Assembly: GCF_004376175.1 (NCBI RefSeq)
Contig: NZ_SNUY01000046.1
Coordinates: 1 to 32,000, forward strand
DNA length: 32,000 nucleotides
Direction of reading: 5' to 3'
From: Halalkalibacterium halodurans
Lineage (GTDB): Bacteria > Bacillota > Bacilli > Bacillales > Bacillaceae_D
A program made the position numbers and the translations under genes. How positions within the stretch are numbered: the first letter of the stretch is position 1; every line of letters begins with the position of its first letter. Shown here one piece after another: positions 18,451 to 27,701 of the stretch. Below the pieces are notes generated by a model. The model made no database searches. It saw nothing but the letters and a program-made list of their open reading frames with translations, and was not told the origin of the DNA.

Positions 18451-18810
18451 TTACTTTTTCCACGTTTCTTCGTACTCCGCTTCCTTAAATCCTACCGTCA
18501 CTTTATCACCGTCGGTTAAAATCGGGCGTTTAATCAACATCCCGTCCGATGCAAGGGTTTCGAGCAACTCATCCTCAGACGCTTCCTTCACTTTATCCTT
18601 TAATCCAAGCTCACGGTATTTCTTTCCACTCGTATTAAAAAATTTTTTTAGCTCAAGGTCGCTCTGTTCATATAATCGCTTCAATTCCTCTTTTGACGGT
18701 GGGTGTTCTACAATATGTACGCTATTTACTTCAATTCCGTGCTGATCTAACCATTTTTTCGCTTTTTGGCATGTACCACACTTCGGATATTGGTAAAACG
18801 TTAATGCCAC
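18451..18810 (-). CDS. yusI: ArsC/Spx-family (YffB-like) protein YusI
   Basis: 119 aa with an N-terminal CGTC redox motif in a thioredoxin-like fold (YQYPKCGTCQKAKKWL). GTG start with AAAGGAGGG upstream. Syntenic with B. subtilis yusI. Confidence 0.85.
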   Translation of the reverse strand: MALTFYQYPKCGTCQKAKKWLDQHGIEVNSVHIVEHPPSKEELKRLYEQSDLELKKFFNTSGKKYRELGLKDKVKEASEDELLETLASDGMLIKRPILTDGDKVTVGFKEAEYEETWKK

Positions 18811-19014
18811 AAATCTTCCCTCCTTTCATTCCATACGTCCTTTTATTATTGACGATTTGCACCACTTTCACAACTTTTCTGCTTACGTTTTGAAATGGCG
18901 AAACAGCCCTACCGCAGTAGGACTGTTTCACACGAGAGAGGAGAATGCTTCATAAGAAAGGAGGTATTTATTTTATTGGGAGGAGAAGTTCTCCTCCCAA
19001 ATTGAAAAACAAGT

Positions 19015-20799
19015 TTACACAACGTAACGCTCAGCTTCTAAAATACGCCCTGCAATTTCCCGCTTTTTCGCAATCACATTGATTGGTGTATGGCGCGTAA
19101 GCTTACGTAAAATAGACGTCATCGTACGCAACGTATCACCTGATTGCATGGCAACCAATGATTCTTTTGCATGGGCTTCGATACGGTTGAATGCTTCTTG
19201 GCAAAAGACTTGCGTAAGTGCGAGCTTTTGCTCTGCCTTTTCTAGGCCGTTTCTGCGAATCGCTTTTTCTGTACGCAAAATGACTGATTCCATCGAGAAA
19301 ATGTCGCTGACAATATCTGCAACGTTTGCAAGAAGTTCTTGTTCCTGCTGAAGCTTTTCACCGTACGTTTGCGCTCCTGTTCCGGCGATCATTAAGAAAA
19401 CTTTCTTCGCCATCGACAGTAGATATTTTTCTTGTTCAAGGGGTTCATCTCCAACTTCTTGCGGCATGAGCATCATCAATTCCTCTTGCAAGGCTGTTGC
19501 CTTTTCAAGGAAAGGAAGCTCGCCTTTCATTGCTTTTCGTAAAATGGTTCCTGGAACGAGAAGGCGGTTAATTTCATTCGTTCCTTCAAAAATACGGTTG
19601 ATCCGAGAGTCACGATACATCCGCTCCACTTCGTATTCAGCCATGAATCCATAGCCGCCGTGAATTTGCACCGCTTCATCTGCAACAAAATCAAGCGCTT
19701 CTGACCCGACAACTTTATTTAAGGAGCACTCAATCGCATACTCTGCAATCGCTTTGGCGACTTCACGACCATCTTTTTGCTGTTCTTCAGACAGTCCGCC
19801 AAGGCGATCCTCAAACAGTCCACCTGTGCGGTAAATGGAGCTTTCTGCCGCATAAGTAGTGACAGCCATATTGGCTAATTTTTCCTGAATAAGAGTGAAC
19901 TTTGCAATTGGCTGTTTAAACTGCTTTCGTTCGTTCGCATATTTAGCTGCTAATTCAATTCCACGCTTAGAGCCGCCAATACAACCGACCCCAAGCTTGT
20001 AACGCCCTACATTTAAAATGTTAAACGCGATCACATGTCCTTTCCCAACTTCACCGAGGAGATTTTCTTTCGGTACAAGGGCATCTTCTAAAATTAACGT
20101 GCGCGTAGAGGATCCTTTAATCCCCATTTTCTTTTCTTCTGGTCCTGTAGAGACTCCTTCAAAGTCTTTTTCTACAATAAAGGCGCTAAAATGCTCTCCG
20201 TCGATTTTCGCATAAACGATGAAAACGTCAGCGAAGGCAGAGTTCGTAATCCATTGTTTTTCACCGTTCAGCACATAATGAGTCCCAGCTTCATTTAGAA
20301 CCGCCGTCGTTTTTGCACCAAGGGCATCTGAACCTGAGCTTGGTTCTGTGAGAGCGTAGGCGGCAATTCGCGCCCCTGTTGCAAGGTCTGGAAGATATTT
20401 TTTCTTCTGATCCTCGTTCCCGAAAAATACGATCGGTAATGACCCAATGCCTACATGGGCTCCATAGCTTAAGGAGAAACCACCCGCTCGTGAAAACTTT
20501 TCTGTAATAATCGAGGAGCTAATTTTATCTAGCCCGAGACCACCGTATTCCTCTGGTACATCTGCACCAAGAAGGCCGAGCTCCCCTGCTTGTGTCAGCA
20601 AACGCCGAGAGATATCGAATTGGTGGTTTTCAATTTCATCAAGAACTGGAACAACTTCATTTACAACAAACTCTTCTGTCGTTTTTCCTATCATCTCATG
20701 CTCTTCTGTAAAATCTTCTGGTGTAAACACTTTATCTGCGTCAATTTCGTCGAGTAGAAAGCTTCCGCCTTTTACTGTTTGTTCTGCAGTGTTTCCCAT
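19015..20799 (-). CDS. fadE: Acyl-CoA dehydrogenase FadE (long form, 594 aa)
   Basis: ACAD N-terminal, middle and C-terminal domains (for example YALTEPSSGSDA, QIHGGYGF) plus a C-terminal extension. Third gene of the fadN-fadA-fadE cluster. Confidence 0.93.
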   Translation of the reverse strand: MGNTAEQTVKGGSFLLDEIDADKVFTPEDFTEEHEMIGKTTEEFVVNEVVPVLDEIENHQFDISRRLLTQAGELGLLGADVPEEYGGLGLDKISSSIITEKFSRAGGFSLSYGAHVGIGSLPIVFFGNEDQKKKYLPDLATGARIAAYALTEPSSGSDALGAKTTAVLNEAGTHYVLNGEKQWITNSAFADVFIVYAKIDGEHFSAFIVEKDFEGVSTGPEEKKMGIKGSSTRTLILEDALVPKENLLGEVGKGHVIAFNILNVGRYKLGVGCIGGSKRGIELAAKYANERKQFKQPIAKFTLIQEKLANMAVTTYAAESSIYRTGGLFEDRLGGLSEEQQKDGREVAKAIAEYAIECSLNKVVGSEALDFVADEAVQIHGGYGFMAEYEVERMYRDSRINRIFEGTNEINRLLVPGTILRKAMKGELPFLEKATALQEELMMLMPQEVGDEPLEQEKYLLSMAKKVFLMIAGTGAQTYGEKLQQEQELLANVADIVSDIFSMESVILRTEKAIRRNGLEKAEQKLALTQVFCQEAFNRIEAHAKESLVAMQSGDTLRTMTSILRKLTRHTPINVIAKKREIAGRILEAERYVV

Positions 20800-20820
20800 A
20801 AATTTGTCCCTCCTCTTAAA

Positions 20821-22002
20821 TTAACCGATTAATTCAAATACGCCAGCAGCGCCCATACCGCCGCCGATACACATCGTCACAACGCCAAACTGTTCGCCGC
20901 GACGTTTCATTTCATGAATAAGTGAAAGCGTTAGTTTCGTTCCTGTACATCCTAGTGGGTGCCCAAGAGCAATGGCTCCACCATTGACATTCACTTTGTC
21001 ATGATCAAGATTTAACCCACGGATCACTTGAATGGCTTGCGACGCAAACGCTTCATTTAATTCAAATAAACCAATATCCGATAAATCGAGCCCTGCCATT
21101 TTAACAGCCTTCGGAATCGCTTCTACTGGTCCAACACCCATAATTTCTGGCGCGACACCTGCCACAGCAAATGAACGAAACTTTACGAGTGGTGTTAAGC
21201 CTTCACGTTCAGCAACCTCTCGATCCATAAGCAAGACAGCGGCCGCTCCGTCACTCATTTGTGAAGCATTTCCAGCCGTTACCGTACCTTTTGCATGGAA
21301 TGCTGGGCGCAAGGCAGAAAGGGTCTCCATGTTCGTTTCAGGCCTAACTCCTTCATCGACGGAGAACGTGACATGTTTTTCTACAAGTTTATGGTTGTCA
21401 TCAACGTGACGAAGCGTCACATCAACTGGAACGATTTCGTCTGCAAATTTCCCTTCCTCAATCGCTTTTGCCGCTCGCTTATGGCTCTCAACGGCAAAGG
21501 CATCCTGATCTTCTCGTGAGACTCCAAAACGACTGGCCACTTCCTCGGCTGTATGTCCCATTCCCATGTAATATTCAGGCTGGTTCTCCACAAGCGTCGG
21601 GTTCGGGGCGATCACATGCCCCCCCATCGGAATGAGGCTCATCGATTCGGCTCCACCGGCGACAATCGCTTCCCCTTGGCCGAGCATAATTCGTTCTGCC
21701 CCGTAGGCGATACTTTGCAGCCCTGATGAACAGTAACGATTGATCGTAATTGCCGGAACAGTATGAGGCATTCCAGCGAGGGCAGCAATGTTTCGTGCCA
21801 TATTCATGCCTTGCTCTGCTTCTGGCATAGCGCAGCCAATAATGACATCATCGATTCGAGCGGGATCAAAGTCACCAGCTCGTTTTAACGTTTCTTTTAC
21901 GGTTAACGCTCCTAAATCATCTGGCCGAACATTGGCGAGCGTTCCTTTTTTCGCCTTTCCCACTGGTGTTCGCGCACCAGCGACGATAACGGCTTCTCTC
22001 AA
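20821..22002 (-). CDS. fadA: Acetyl-CoA C-acyltransferase (3-ketoacyl-CoA thiolase) FadA
   Basis: Thiolase motifs: NRYCSSGLQ (active-site Cys), NEAFA, GGAIALGHPLGCTG and CIGGGMG. Confidence 0.95.
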   Translation of the reverse strand: MREAVIVAGARTPVGKAKKGTLANVRPDDLGALTVKETLKRAGDFDPARIDDVIIGCAMPEAEQGMNMARNIAALAGMPHTVPAITINRYCSSGLQSIAYGAERIMLGQGEAIVAGGAESMSLIPMGGHVIAPNPTLVENQPEYYMGMGHTAEEVASRFGVSREDQDAFAVESHKRAAKAIEEGKFADEIVPVDVTLRHVDDNHKLVEKHVTFSVDEGVRPETNMETLSALRPAFHAKGTVTAGNASQMSDGAAAVLLMDREVAEREGLTPLVKFRSFAVAGVAPEIMGVGPVEAIPKAVKMAGLDLSDIGLFELNEAFASQAIQVIRGLNLDHDKVNVNGGAIALGHPLGCTGTKLTLSLIHEMKRRGEQFGVVTMCIGGGMGAAGVFELIG

Positions 22003-22022
22003 CGTCTTCCCCTCCTCTGAAA

Positions 22023-24404
22023 TTAATTGCGCAGCGGCTTCCCTTTCATTAACATATGCTGCATCCGTTGTTGAGATTTCGGTTCTCCTACAAGACTTAA
22101 AAACGCCTCCCGTTCAAGGTCAAGCAAATATTGTTCATCGACGAGCGTCCCTTTCGCTACCCGTCCGCCCGCGATCACAAACGCTAATTTCTCAGCAATT
22201 TTTAAATCGTGCTCGGAAATCATTCCACCGAATTTCATGGACTTTGCACCAAGGAGCATCGTCGCATACCCAGTTTCACCAACGACTGGGATCTTTTTGC
22301 GCGTTGGTGGACGATAGCCAGCATCATGAAGATGGATCACCTGCTGTTTCGCTTGATAAAGTAAATGATCTCCGTTCATGACAACACCGTCACGTTCGCT
22401 CAAGAAGCCGTTTTCCATCGCTTCATGGGCGGAAGTCGAAACCTTCGCCATCGCAATCGTTTCAAAGGTCTTATTGGCGATACTTTGCAAGTCAATGTTC
22501 GCCCCTTCAGGCAACCGTTCAAGATGACGTAAATAAAGCTCTTTGTTACCGCCACCTCCAGGAATAACCCCGACTCCAACTTCTACAAGCCCCATGTACG
22601 TCTCTAATGACGCTTGAATGCTTGCTGTCGGAAGGCAGATTTCCGTACCACCACCAAGAGTCATGGCAAACGGTGCTGAAACGACAGGCTTTTGTGAATA
22701 ACGGATTTTAGCCATGGCTTGCTGGAATTGACGCACGACCATATCGATTTCAAAAAAGTTATCATCCTGCGCTTCCATAAGGATCATCATCAAGTTCGCA
22801 CCAACACAAAAGTTCTTCCCTTGGTTGCCAATGACGAGCCCTTTGTAGTTCGCTTCAACTTCATCGACTGCTTTATTAATCATTTGGACGACATCAAACC
22901 CGATCGAGTTGTTCGGCGAATGGAATTCTAACAAGGCCACATCATCACCGAGGTCAATTAAGCTAGCACCAGAGTTTTTCGTAATGACACGCTCTGGTTT
23001 CAGAGCCTTCAAGTGAATGATTTTCCCATTTATCGGAATAACTTTCGCCTCACCATGGTGATAGAACGTACCGTCTTGATAAAAACGCTCTCGGCCGCTC
23101 GTTAACATCTCTTTCACCCAAGAAGGAACGGTTGCTCCTTCTTCTTCCATCCGCTGGACAGAGGAGGCTACGCCGATCGCATCCCACATTTCAAATGGTC
23201 CTTGCTCCCAGCCGAAGCCCCATTTCATCGCGTCATCTACGGCCTTAATGTCACCGGCAATTTCGTATACTTTTTCTGCTGAGTAAATAAGCACCGGCTT
23301 CATTAAATTCCAAAGTAATTGTCCTGCTCGATCGTTCGCTTGAATCAAAATCGAGAGCTTTTCATTTAACGATTTTGCCTGTTTCGCTTGTTCAATCGAA
23401 GGCGCTTTCATTTTTTTGCGTTTCTCATATTCGAGGGTGTTTGGGTTGATCTCTAAAATTTCTGAGCCGTTTTCCCCTTTTTGCTTTAGGAAAAACCCTT
23501 GCCCCGATTTGCTACCGATCCAGCCGTTTTCCGCCATTTTTTTCATAAAGACTGGTGGATCAAACACATCTTTTTCTTCACCGTCCACCACATCGTGAAC
23601 ATTTTTCGCCACGTGTAAAAAGGTATCAAGGCCAACAACATCTAGCGTTCGAAACGTTGCACTTTTCGGTCTACCGATGAGCGGACCTGTCACTGAGTCT
23701 ACTTCACCTACAGAATACCCACCTTCCAGCATTTTCTGCACGGTTACAAGCAAGCCGTAAGTACCAATTCGGTTGGCAATGAAGTTAGGTGTGTCCTTCC
23801 CTTCGACGACCCCTTTACCTAACACGTCCTCGGCAAACGCTTTCATAAATGCTGTAACTTCTGGCTTTGTTTTTTTCGTTGGAATAATCTCTAATAACTT
23901 TAAGTATCTCGGCGGGTTGAAAAAGTGTGTCCCTAAAAAGTGCGCTTGGAAGTCCTCAGACCGCCCTTTCGCCATTGCTTCGATTGAAATTCCTGATGTA
24001 TTTGAGCTTACGAGCGTTCCTTGCTTCCGGTATTGATCTACCTTTTCAAATAGCTGTTTTTTAACGTCTAAATTTTCGACGACTACTTCAATGATCCAAT
24101 CGACCTCGGCAAGCTTTTCCACATCATCTTCCAAGTTACCTGGCTGAATGTAATGGACATGACTTTTCCGTGAAAGTGGTGCTGGCTTTTGCTTCTGCAA
24201 TTTTTTCAGAGCTAATGTGGCCAAACGGTTGCGAACCGCTCGATCTTCAAGCGTTAGCCCTTTTCTTTGTTCTTCCTCCGTCAACTGGTTTGGCACGATA
24301 TCAAGCAAAAGTGATGGGATGCCAACATTGGCTAGATGAGCAGCAATTCCAGAGCCCATAACTCCTGATCCAATGACGGCAACTTTGCGAATTTGACGAG
24401 CCAT
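22023..24404 (-). CDS. fadN: Bifunctional 3-hydroxyacyl-CoA dehydrogenase / enoyl-CoA hydratase FadN
   Basis: 793 aa with an N-terminal Rossmann motif VAVIGSGVMGSGIA and a C-terminal crotonase-fold domain. Matches B. subtilis FadN (YusL) in architecture and position. Confidence 0.93.
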   Translation of the reverse strand: MARQIRKVAVIGSGVMGSGIAAHLANVGIPSLLLDIVPNQLTEEEQRKGLTLEDRAVRNRLATLALKKLQKQKPAPLSRKSHVHYIQPGNLEDDVEKLAEVDWIIEVVVENLDVKKQLFEKVDQYRKQGTLVSSNTSGISIEAMAKGRSEDFQAHFLGTHFFNPPRYLKLLEIIPTKKTKPEVTAFMKAFAEDVLGKGVVEGKDTPNFIANRIGTYGLLVTVQKMLEGGYSVGEVDSVTGPLIGRPKSATFRTLDVVGLDTFLHVAKNVHDVVDGEEKDVFDPPVFMKKMAENGWIGSKSGQGFFLKQKGENGSEILEINPNTLEYEKRKKMKAPSIEQAKQAKSLNEKLSILIQANDRAGQLLWNLMKPVLIYSAEKVYEIAGDIKAVDDAMKWGFGWEQGPFEMWDAIGVASSVQRMEEEGATVPSWVKEMLTSGRERFYQDGTFYHHGEAKVIPINGKIIHLKALKPERVITKNSGASLIDLGDDVALLEFHSPNNSIGFDVVQMINKAVDEVEANYKGLVIGNQGKNFCVGANLMMILMEAQDDNFFEIDMVVRQFQQAMAKIRYSQKPVVSAPFAMTLGGGTEICLPTASIQASLETYMGLVEVGVGVIPGGGGNKELYLRHLERLPEGANIDLQSIANKTFETIAMAKVSTSAHEAMENGFLSERDGVVMNGDHLLYQAKQQVIHLHDAGYRPPTRKKIPVVGETGYATMLLGAKSMKFGGMISEHDLKIAEKLAFVIAGGRVAKGTLVDEQYLLDLEREAFLSLVGEPKSQQRMQHMLMKGKPLRN

Positions 24405-24416
24405 TGTTTTCCCCCT

Positions 24417-24584
24417 TCAAACGAATGAATACTCATTCATTTTTTGTTCAAAAAAAAGTGCTTCTTGCAATGATTTCAAATTTTCTATATTCACTATACC
24501 TAATTTTTCATATTCACGCAAGGGATTTCTGAAAATTTTGCCGAACCATTTTACTTTCCAATGTATAAAGCGGTTTCCAGTCAT
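24417..24584 (-). CDS. Candidate 55-aa small ORF directly upstream of fadN (unannotated, uncertain)
   Basis: Hand translation gives MTGNRFIHWKVKWFGKIFRNPLREYEKLGIVNIENLKSLQEALFFEQKMNEYSFV*. AAGGAGG lies 4 nt before the ATG, and the stop lies 13 nt before the fadN ATG. Against it: it contains the FadR box and a possible internal promoter (TTGCGT-17-TATAGT). Confidence 0.3.
   Translation of the reverse strand: MTGNRFIHWKVKWFGKIFRNPLREYEKLGIVNIENLKSLQEALFFEQKMNEYSFV
24423..24440. promoter_or_regulatory. FadR (YsiA)-type operator upstream of fadN
   Basis: GAATGAATACTCATTCAT contains the inverted repeat ATGAAT-N4-ATTCAT. This closely resembles the B. subtilis FadR box as I recall it (TGAATGA-N-TCATTCA type). 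It lies 19-36 nt upstream of the fadN ATG. Confidence 0.7.
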
Positions 24585-24656
24585 ATTTCCTCCTTGTTTT
24601 ACAAAACTAACATTGTACCGGAAATAGGTGCACTACTGTAAAAAGGAGGCTCACTC

Positions 24657-24926
24657 ATGCAGCAACAATCATTCATGCAATCTGGACAACAGCAAGGTGT
24701 CATGCCGCAACCACCACAGGTGATCACGGTGAAAGACCAACTGTACATTACGGATATGCTGTCATGGAATTTATTGGCTTGTAAAAAGGCTCATTTCTTC
24801 GCCCAGCAGTGTCAAGATCCTGAAGTGAAGCAGGCACTTGAACAAGCGGGGCAAATGCACCAACGCCACTACACGATGCTTCTTGGCCACTTACAAAACC
24901 AGCAAAACATGGCAACGGTTCAATAA
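24657..24926 (+). CDS. Spore coat protein F (CotF)-family protein, short form
   Basis: 89 aa. A Gln-rich N-terminus is followed by a Coat_F-like helix pair (DMLSWNLLACKKAHFFAQQCQDPEVKQALEQ). AAAGGAGG lies 7 nt upstream. Confidence 0.75.
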   Translation: MQQQSFMQSGQQQGVMPQPPQVITVKDQLYITDMLSWNLLACKKAHFFAQQCQDPEVKQALEQAGQMHQRHYTMLLGHLQNQQNMATVQ

Positions 24927-24940
24927 AGGAGGCTTTTTAC

Positions 24941-25264
24941 ATGAATCAGCAGCAAAAAATCCAGAATCCAGAAACACCTGTTCAGAAGAACACGCAAATG
25001 TCCGATCGGGATTTCATCAATGATCAACTAGCAACGGAGAAGTACATCACTTCTTCTTACAGCATTGCAATGAACGAAGCGAGCCACCAACAGCTGTACC
25101 AAGATATTTTTACCGCCTGTCAAGAAGCACAAGATTGTCAACGTCAACTGTATGAACTGATGTTTAAGAAAGGGTGGTACAGCTTAGAAGCAGCTCCTGA
25201 GCAAAAATTACAAGAAGCGTACCAACAATTTTCCGGTTACATGAATCAGCTTCCGTATCACTAA
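24941..25264 (+). CDS. Spore coat protein F (CotF)-family protein
   Basis: 107 aa with Coat_F-like DRDFINDQLATEKYITSSYSIAMNEASHQQL. AAAGGAGG is upstream. Positionally equivalent to the B. subtilis yusN region. Confidence 0.8.
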   Translation: MNQQQKIQNPETPVQKNTQMSDRDFINDQLATEKYITSSYSIAMNEASHQQLYQDIFTACQEAQDCQRQLYELMFKKGWYSLEAAPEQKLQEAYQQFSGYMNQLPYH

Positions 25265-25271
25265 AAAGATA

Positions 25272-25310
25272 CAAACAAAAGCCTAGGGAAAATCCTAGGT
25301 TTTTGTTTAC
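25272..25310. terminator. Bidirectional terminator between the CotF-like gene and the convergent small gene
   Basis: AAAAGCCTAGG-GAAAAT-CCTAGGTTTTT, a palindromic stem with an A-run on one side and a T-run on the other. Confidence 0.75.
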
Positions 25311-25555
25311 TGTTTATTTTCTCGTTGCTTTTTATTTAGTTGCTGGATGTCGAGGAATAGAGCTTTCATTCCTTCTTTCGCATCAGGGTATTGACTGCTC
25401 CAGTGTTTTGCGAGAGGTGGCATCGTTTTTGAAATATGAGAATAGATGGCGTAGGCACGAATTTTTTCTTTCATCTCCTCACTTGTATCCCCAACGAGAA
25501 GCTCTGCATATTTCTCCACCAATCCGTCCAATTGCTCTTTTAATTTTTCGTCCAA
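25307..25555 (-). CDS. Small conserved Bacillaceae protein (82 aa; possibly YusU/DUF2573-like)
   Basis: TTG start with AGGGAG 8 nt upstream and a terminator right after the stop. The family assignment comes from memory only. Confidence 0.6.
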   Translation of the reverse strand: MDEKLKEQLDGLVEKYAELLVGDTSEEMKEKIRAYAIYSHISKTMPPLAKHWSSQYPDAKEGMKALFLDIQQLNKKQRENKQ

Positions 25556-25609
25556 TTAAAACACTCCCTGCCAATTGTTTCCGTCATTATACCATAGTCA
25601 AAAATATGT

Positions 25610-25659
25610 TTGACATTTTTACCGCCACGTTATATGGTTAGTTACATAAGTAATGAACC
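25610..25659 (+). promoter_or_regulatory. Sigma-A promoter and inverted-repeat operator of the GntR-ABC operon
   Basis: TTGACA (25610-25615), a 17-nt spacer, then TATGGT (25633-25638). This overlaps the inverted repeat GGTTAGTTAC-ATAA-GTAATGAACC (25636-25659; 8 of 10 arm positions complementary). Confidence 0.55.
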
Positions 25660-25671
25660 AAGGAGGTTGTG

Positions 25672-26061
25672 ATGAACTATACGTTTGATGACAGCCGTCC
25701 TCTCTTTCAACAAGTGGCCGATGCAATTGCGAATGACATCATTCACAACGTCATTAAAGAGGGGGAGCAGGTCCCATCCACCAATCAATTTGCTAAGCAT
25801 CATCAGATCAACCCTGCTACGGTGGCGAAAGGCTTTCATTTATTAGTGGACCAAGGCATTTTATTTAAAAAGCGAGGGGTTGGCATGTTCGTAGCAAAGG
25901 GGGCACGAGATCAATTGTTGGAACAACGGCGAGAGACTTTTTATTCTGATTTTATCGTTCCACTTTTAAACGAAGCAAAAACACTTCATTTGTCAGAGGA
26001 AATGATTTTAGACCTGATTAAAAGAGGGGGAGCTAACGATGACAGCGACGATCACATGTGA
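25672..26061 (+). CDS. GntR-family transcriptional regulator, YtrA subfamily (short C-terminus)
   Basis: 129 aa with a winged-helix motif (QVPSTNQFAKHHQINPATVAKGFHLLVDQGILFKKRGVGMFV) and a short helical tail. AAGGAGG is upstream. Confidence 0.88.
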   Translation: MNYTFDDSRPLFQQVADAIANDIIHNVIKEGEQVPSTNQFAKHHQINPATVAKGFHLLVDQGILFKKRGVGMFVAKGARDQLLEQRRETFYSDFIVPLLNEAKTLHLSEEMILDLIKRGGANDDSDDHM

Positions 26062-26890
26062 TCATGTCTCAATGACCATCAAAGGAGAAGAGATTCTTTC
26101 CTCCATTTCATGTACGTTTGAGGAAAACAAAATCTACGGCTTGCTTGGGCGTAACGGTGCAGGAAAAACAACATTTATGAAGCTATTAACAGGACAGCTG
26201 CTGCCTACATCAGGTTCAATACGCCTCAATGGAGAAGATCCATTCAATAACGAAAAAGCACAGATGCACCTTTGCTTCATTAAGGAAAACGGCAACTTTT
26301 TAAAGGGCTTAACTGTCAACCAGCTGATAAAAAACATTCCGAGCTTTTTTCCAAATTGGGACCATCAACTTGTAGACGAATTACTCGATCGCTTTGAGTT
26401 GCCCCGTCATAAACGAATATCAACTTTTTCAAAAGGGATGGAATCGGCACTGGGCATTACGGTCGGTTTAGGCTCTAGGGCACCTGTGACGATTTTTGAT
26501 GAGCCTTATATCGGGATGGATGCGGCTAATCGTCAGCTGTTTTACGATCGGTTGGTCGAAGATTATGCAGAGCATCCACGGACCATTATCATTTCCACCC
26601 ATTTAATCGATGAAATTGCTAGCGTTTTTGAACGGATTACCGTCATTCGAAAAGGAAAAATGATTGTTGACCAAGAGGTTGATTCCCTTCGAAATCATGC
26701 CTTTAAACTGACAGGCAAAGAGAATGACTTTGATTTCCTTCAAGGGGTACAGATTCTCGATGAGCAGCGCTTCATGGGAAAACGGACATTGACAGTACTC
26801 GATGAACATGGGACGCTCCAGTCGATTCCAGCGTCAATACAGAAACAGCCTCTATCGTTACAAGACTTTATGGTTCAAGTGACAAAATAG
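26039..26890 (+). CDS. ABC transporter ATP-binding protein
   Basis: Walker A GRNGAGKTT and Walker B IFDEPYIGMD, with a degenerate signature FSKGMES. Its start overlaps the end of the GntR gene. Confidence 0.88.
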   Translation: MTATITCDHVSMTIKGEEILSSISCTFEENKIYGLLGRNGAGKTTFMKLLTGQLLPTSGSIRLNGEDPFNNEKAQMHLCFIKENGNFLKGLTVNQLIKNIPSFFPNWDHQLVDELLDRFELPRHKRISTFSKGMESALGITVGLGSRAPVTIFDEPYIGMDAANRQLFYDRLVEDYAEHPRTIIISTHLIDEIASVFERITVIRKGKMIVDQEVDSLRNHAFKLTGKENDFDFLQGVQILDEQRFMGKRTLTVLDEHGTLQSIPASIQKQPLSLQDFMVQVTK

Positions 26891-26908
26891 AATTAGGAGG
26901 GTTATCAA

Positions 26909-27589
26909 ATGTACCATTCTCTCACCCAGCTTCGGTTACAAACCTACGATACAGGACGATCTTTTCTTATTTTCTGGTCGATTTTATTCGGATTTATCGT
27001 ATTAAGCTTTGCCTTAAGTTTGTTTTTAACAGAAACGAACATTATTTTTTATGTCAGTTTCCCTAGCTATATTTTTGTAACCATTACAGGATTTTTAATG
27101 GTGAAGCAGGACTTTGCCTTTCTTGTCCATATGGGAAAATCAAGAACACATTTTACGTATGTGGCTTTTGCATTTTTCGTTATTCTTGCCATCGTCATGT
27201 CGTTCATCAATGCAATGGTTCACGTGATCACCCATTTCATCATTAACCAATTCGCCTTGACGATTACGATTGATACCTTCGCCATATTACTGCTGTCCCA
27301 GTCTAATTTTCTAACGAGCATTTGGGTAGACGCAACAATTATGCTCACCTTACTAACCGTATCGTTTTTCGTCGCAAGCATTTCGTACCGATTCGGCCGA
27401 GTAGGAACGTACCTTTTCTGTGCTCTCGTTTTGCTACTCCTCATTTTTCCACCGGTCCGTGACGTCTTGCATCCATTTTTCTTAGGCTTTAGTGAAAAAG
27501 GCGCGTCTCACTTCTCATGGCTTTTGCTGCTCAGTGTGTTTTTCACCAGCCTGTCAGTAGTCACATTGCGCAAATCGTCGTTATCTTAG
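26909..27589 (+). CDS. Integral membrane protein (putative permease partner, about 6 TM)
   Basis: 226 aa and strongly hydrophobic, with TAGGAGGG upstream. Third gene of the GntR-ABC module. Confidence 0.7.
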   Translation: MYHSLTQLRLQTYDTGRSFLIFWSILFGFIVLSFALSLFLTETNIIFYVSFPSYIFVTITGFLMVKQDFAFLVHMGKSRTHFTYVAFAFFVILAIVMSFINAMVHVITHFIINQFALTITIDTFAILLLSQSNFLTSIWVDATIMLTLLTVSFFVASISYRFGRVGTYLFCALVLLLLIFPPVRDVLHPFFLGFSEKGASHFSWLLLLSVFFTSLSVVTLRKSSLS

Positions 27590-27662
27590 GATAGTCGTGT
27601 ACTCGGTTCCTACTCATTTAATATAAAGAAGAATCCATTTTGATCGTTAAAAACGCCGAATG

Positions 27663-27701
27663 CAAAAAGTCAGCCAAGGATAATTCAGGCTGACTTTGCT
27701 T
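27663..27701. terminator. Bidirectional terminator between convergent genes
   Basis: A perfect 8-bp stem AGTCAGCC / GGCTGACT with an A-run before it and a T-rich tract after it. Confidence 0.7.

Noticed and set aside
18979-18999. The near-perfect palindrome GGGAGGAGAAGTTCTCCTCCC just downstream of fadE, and a 13-bp-stem hairpin at 18900-18929.
   Set aside because: They are probably transcript-end or stability hairpins for the fad operon. Neither has a proper U-tract on the minus strand, so I did not call them intrinsic terminators.
21788-22381. A 197-aa + strand ORF, together with many other 60-125-aa ORFs lying antisense inside sufB, sufS, sufD, sufC, metN, fadE, fadA, fadN, the 628-aa gene and the AraC gene.
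   Set aside because: All sit within and opposite strongly supported conserved genes. They lack SD sequences and have Ser/Arg/Pro-rich compositions typical of antisense frames.
24586-24656. A possible sporulation-type (sigma-E-like TCATATT-14-CAAAACTA) promoter upstream of the CotF-like genes.
   Set aside because: The -10 match is poor, and the same bases serve as the SD region of the minus-strand small ORF. I cannot distinguish this from chance by eye.
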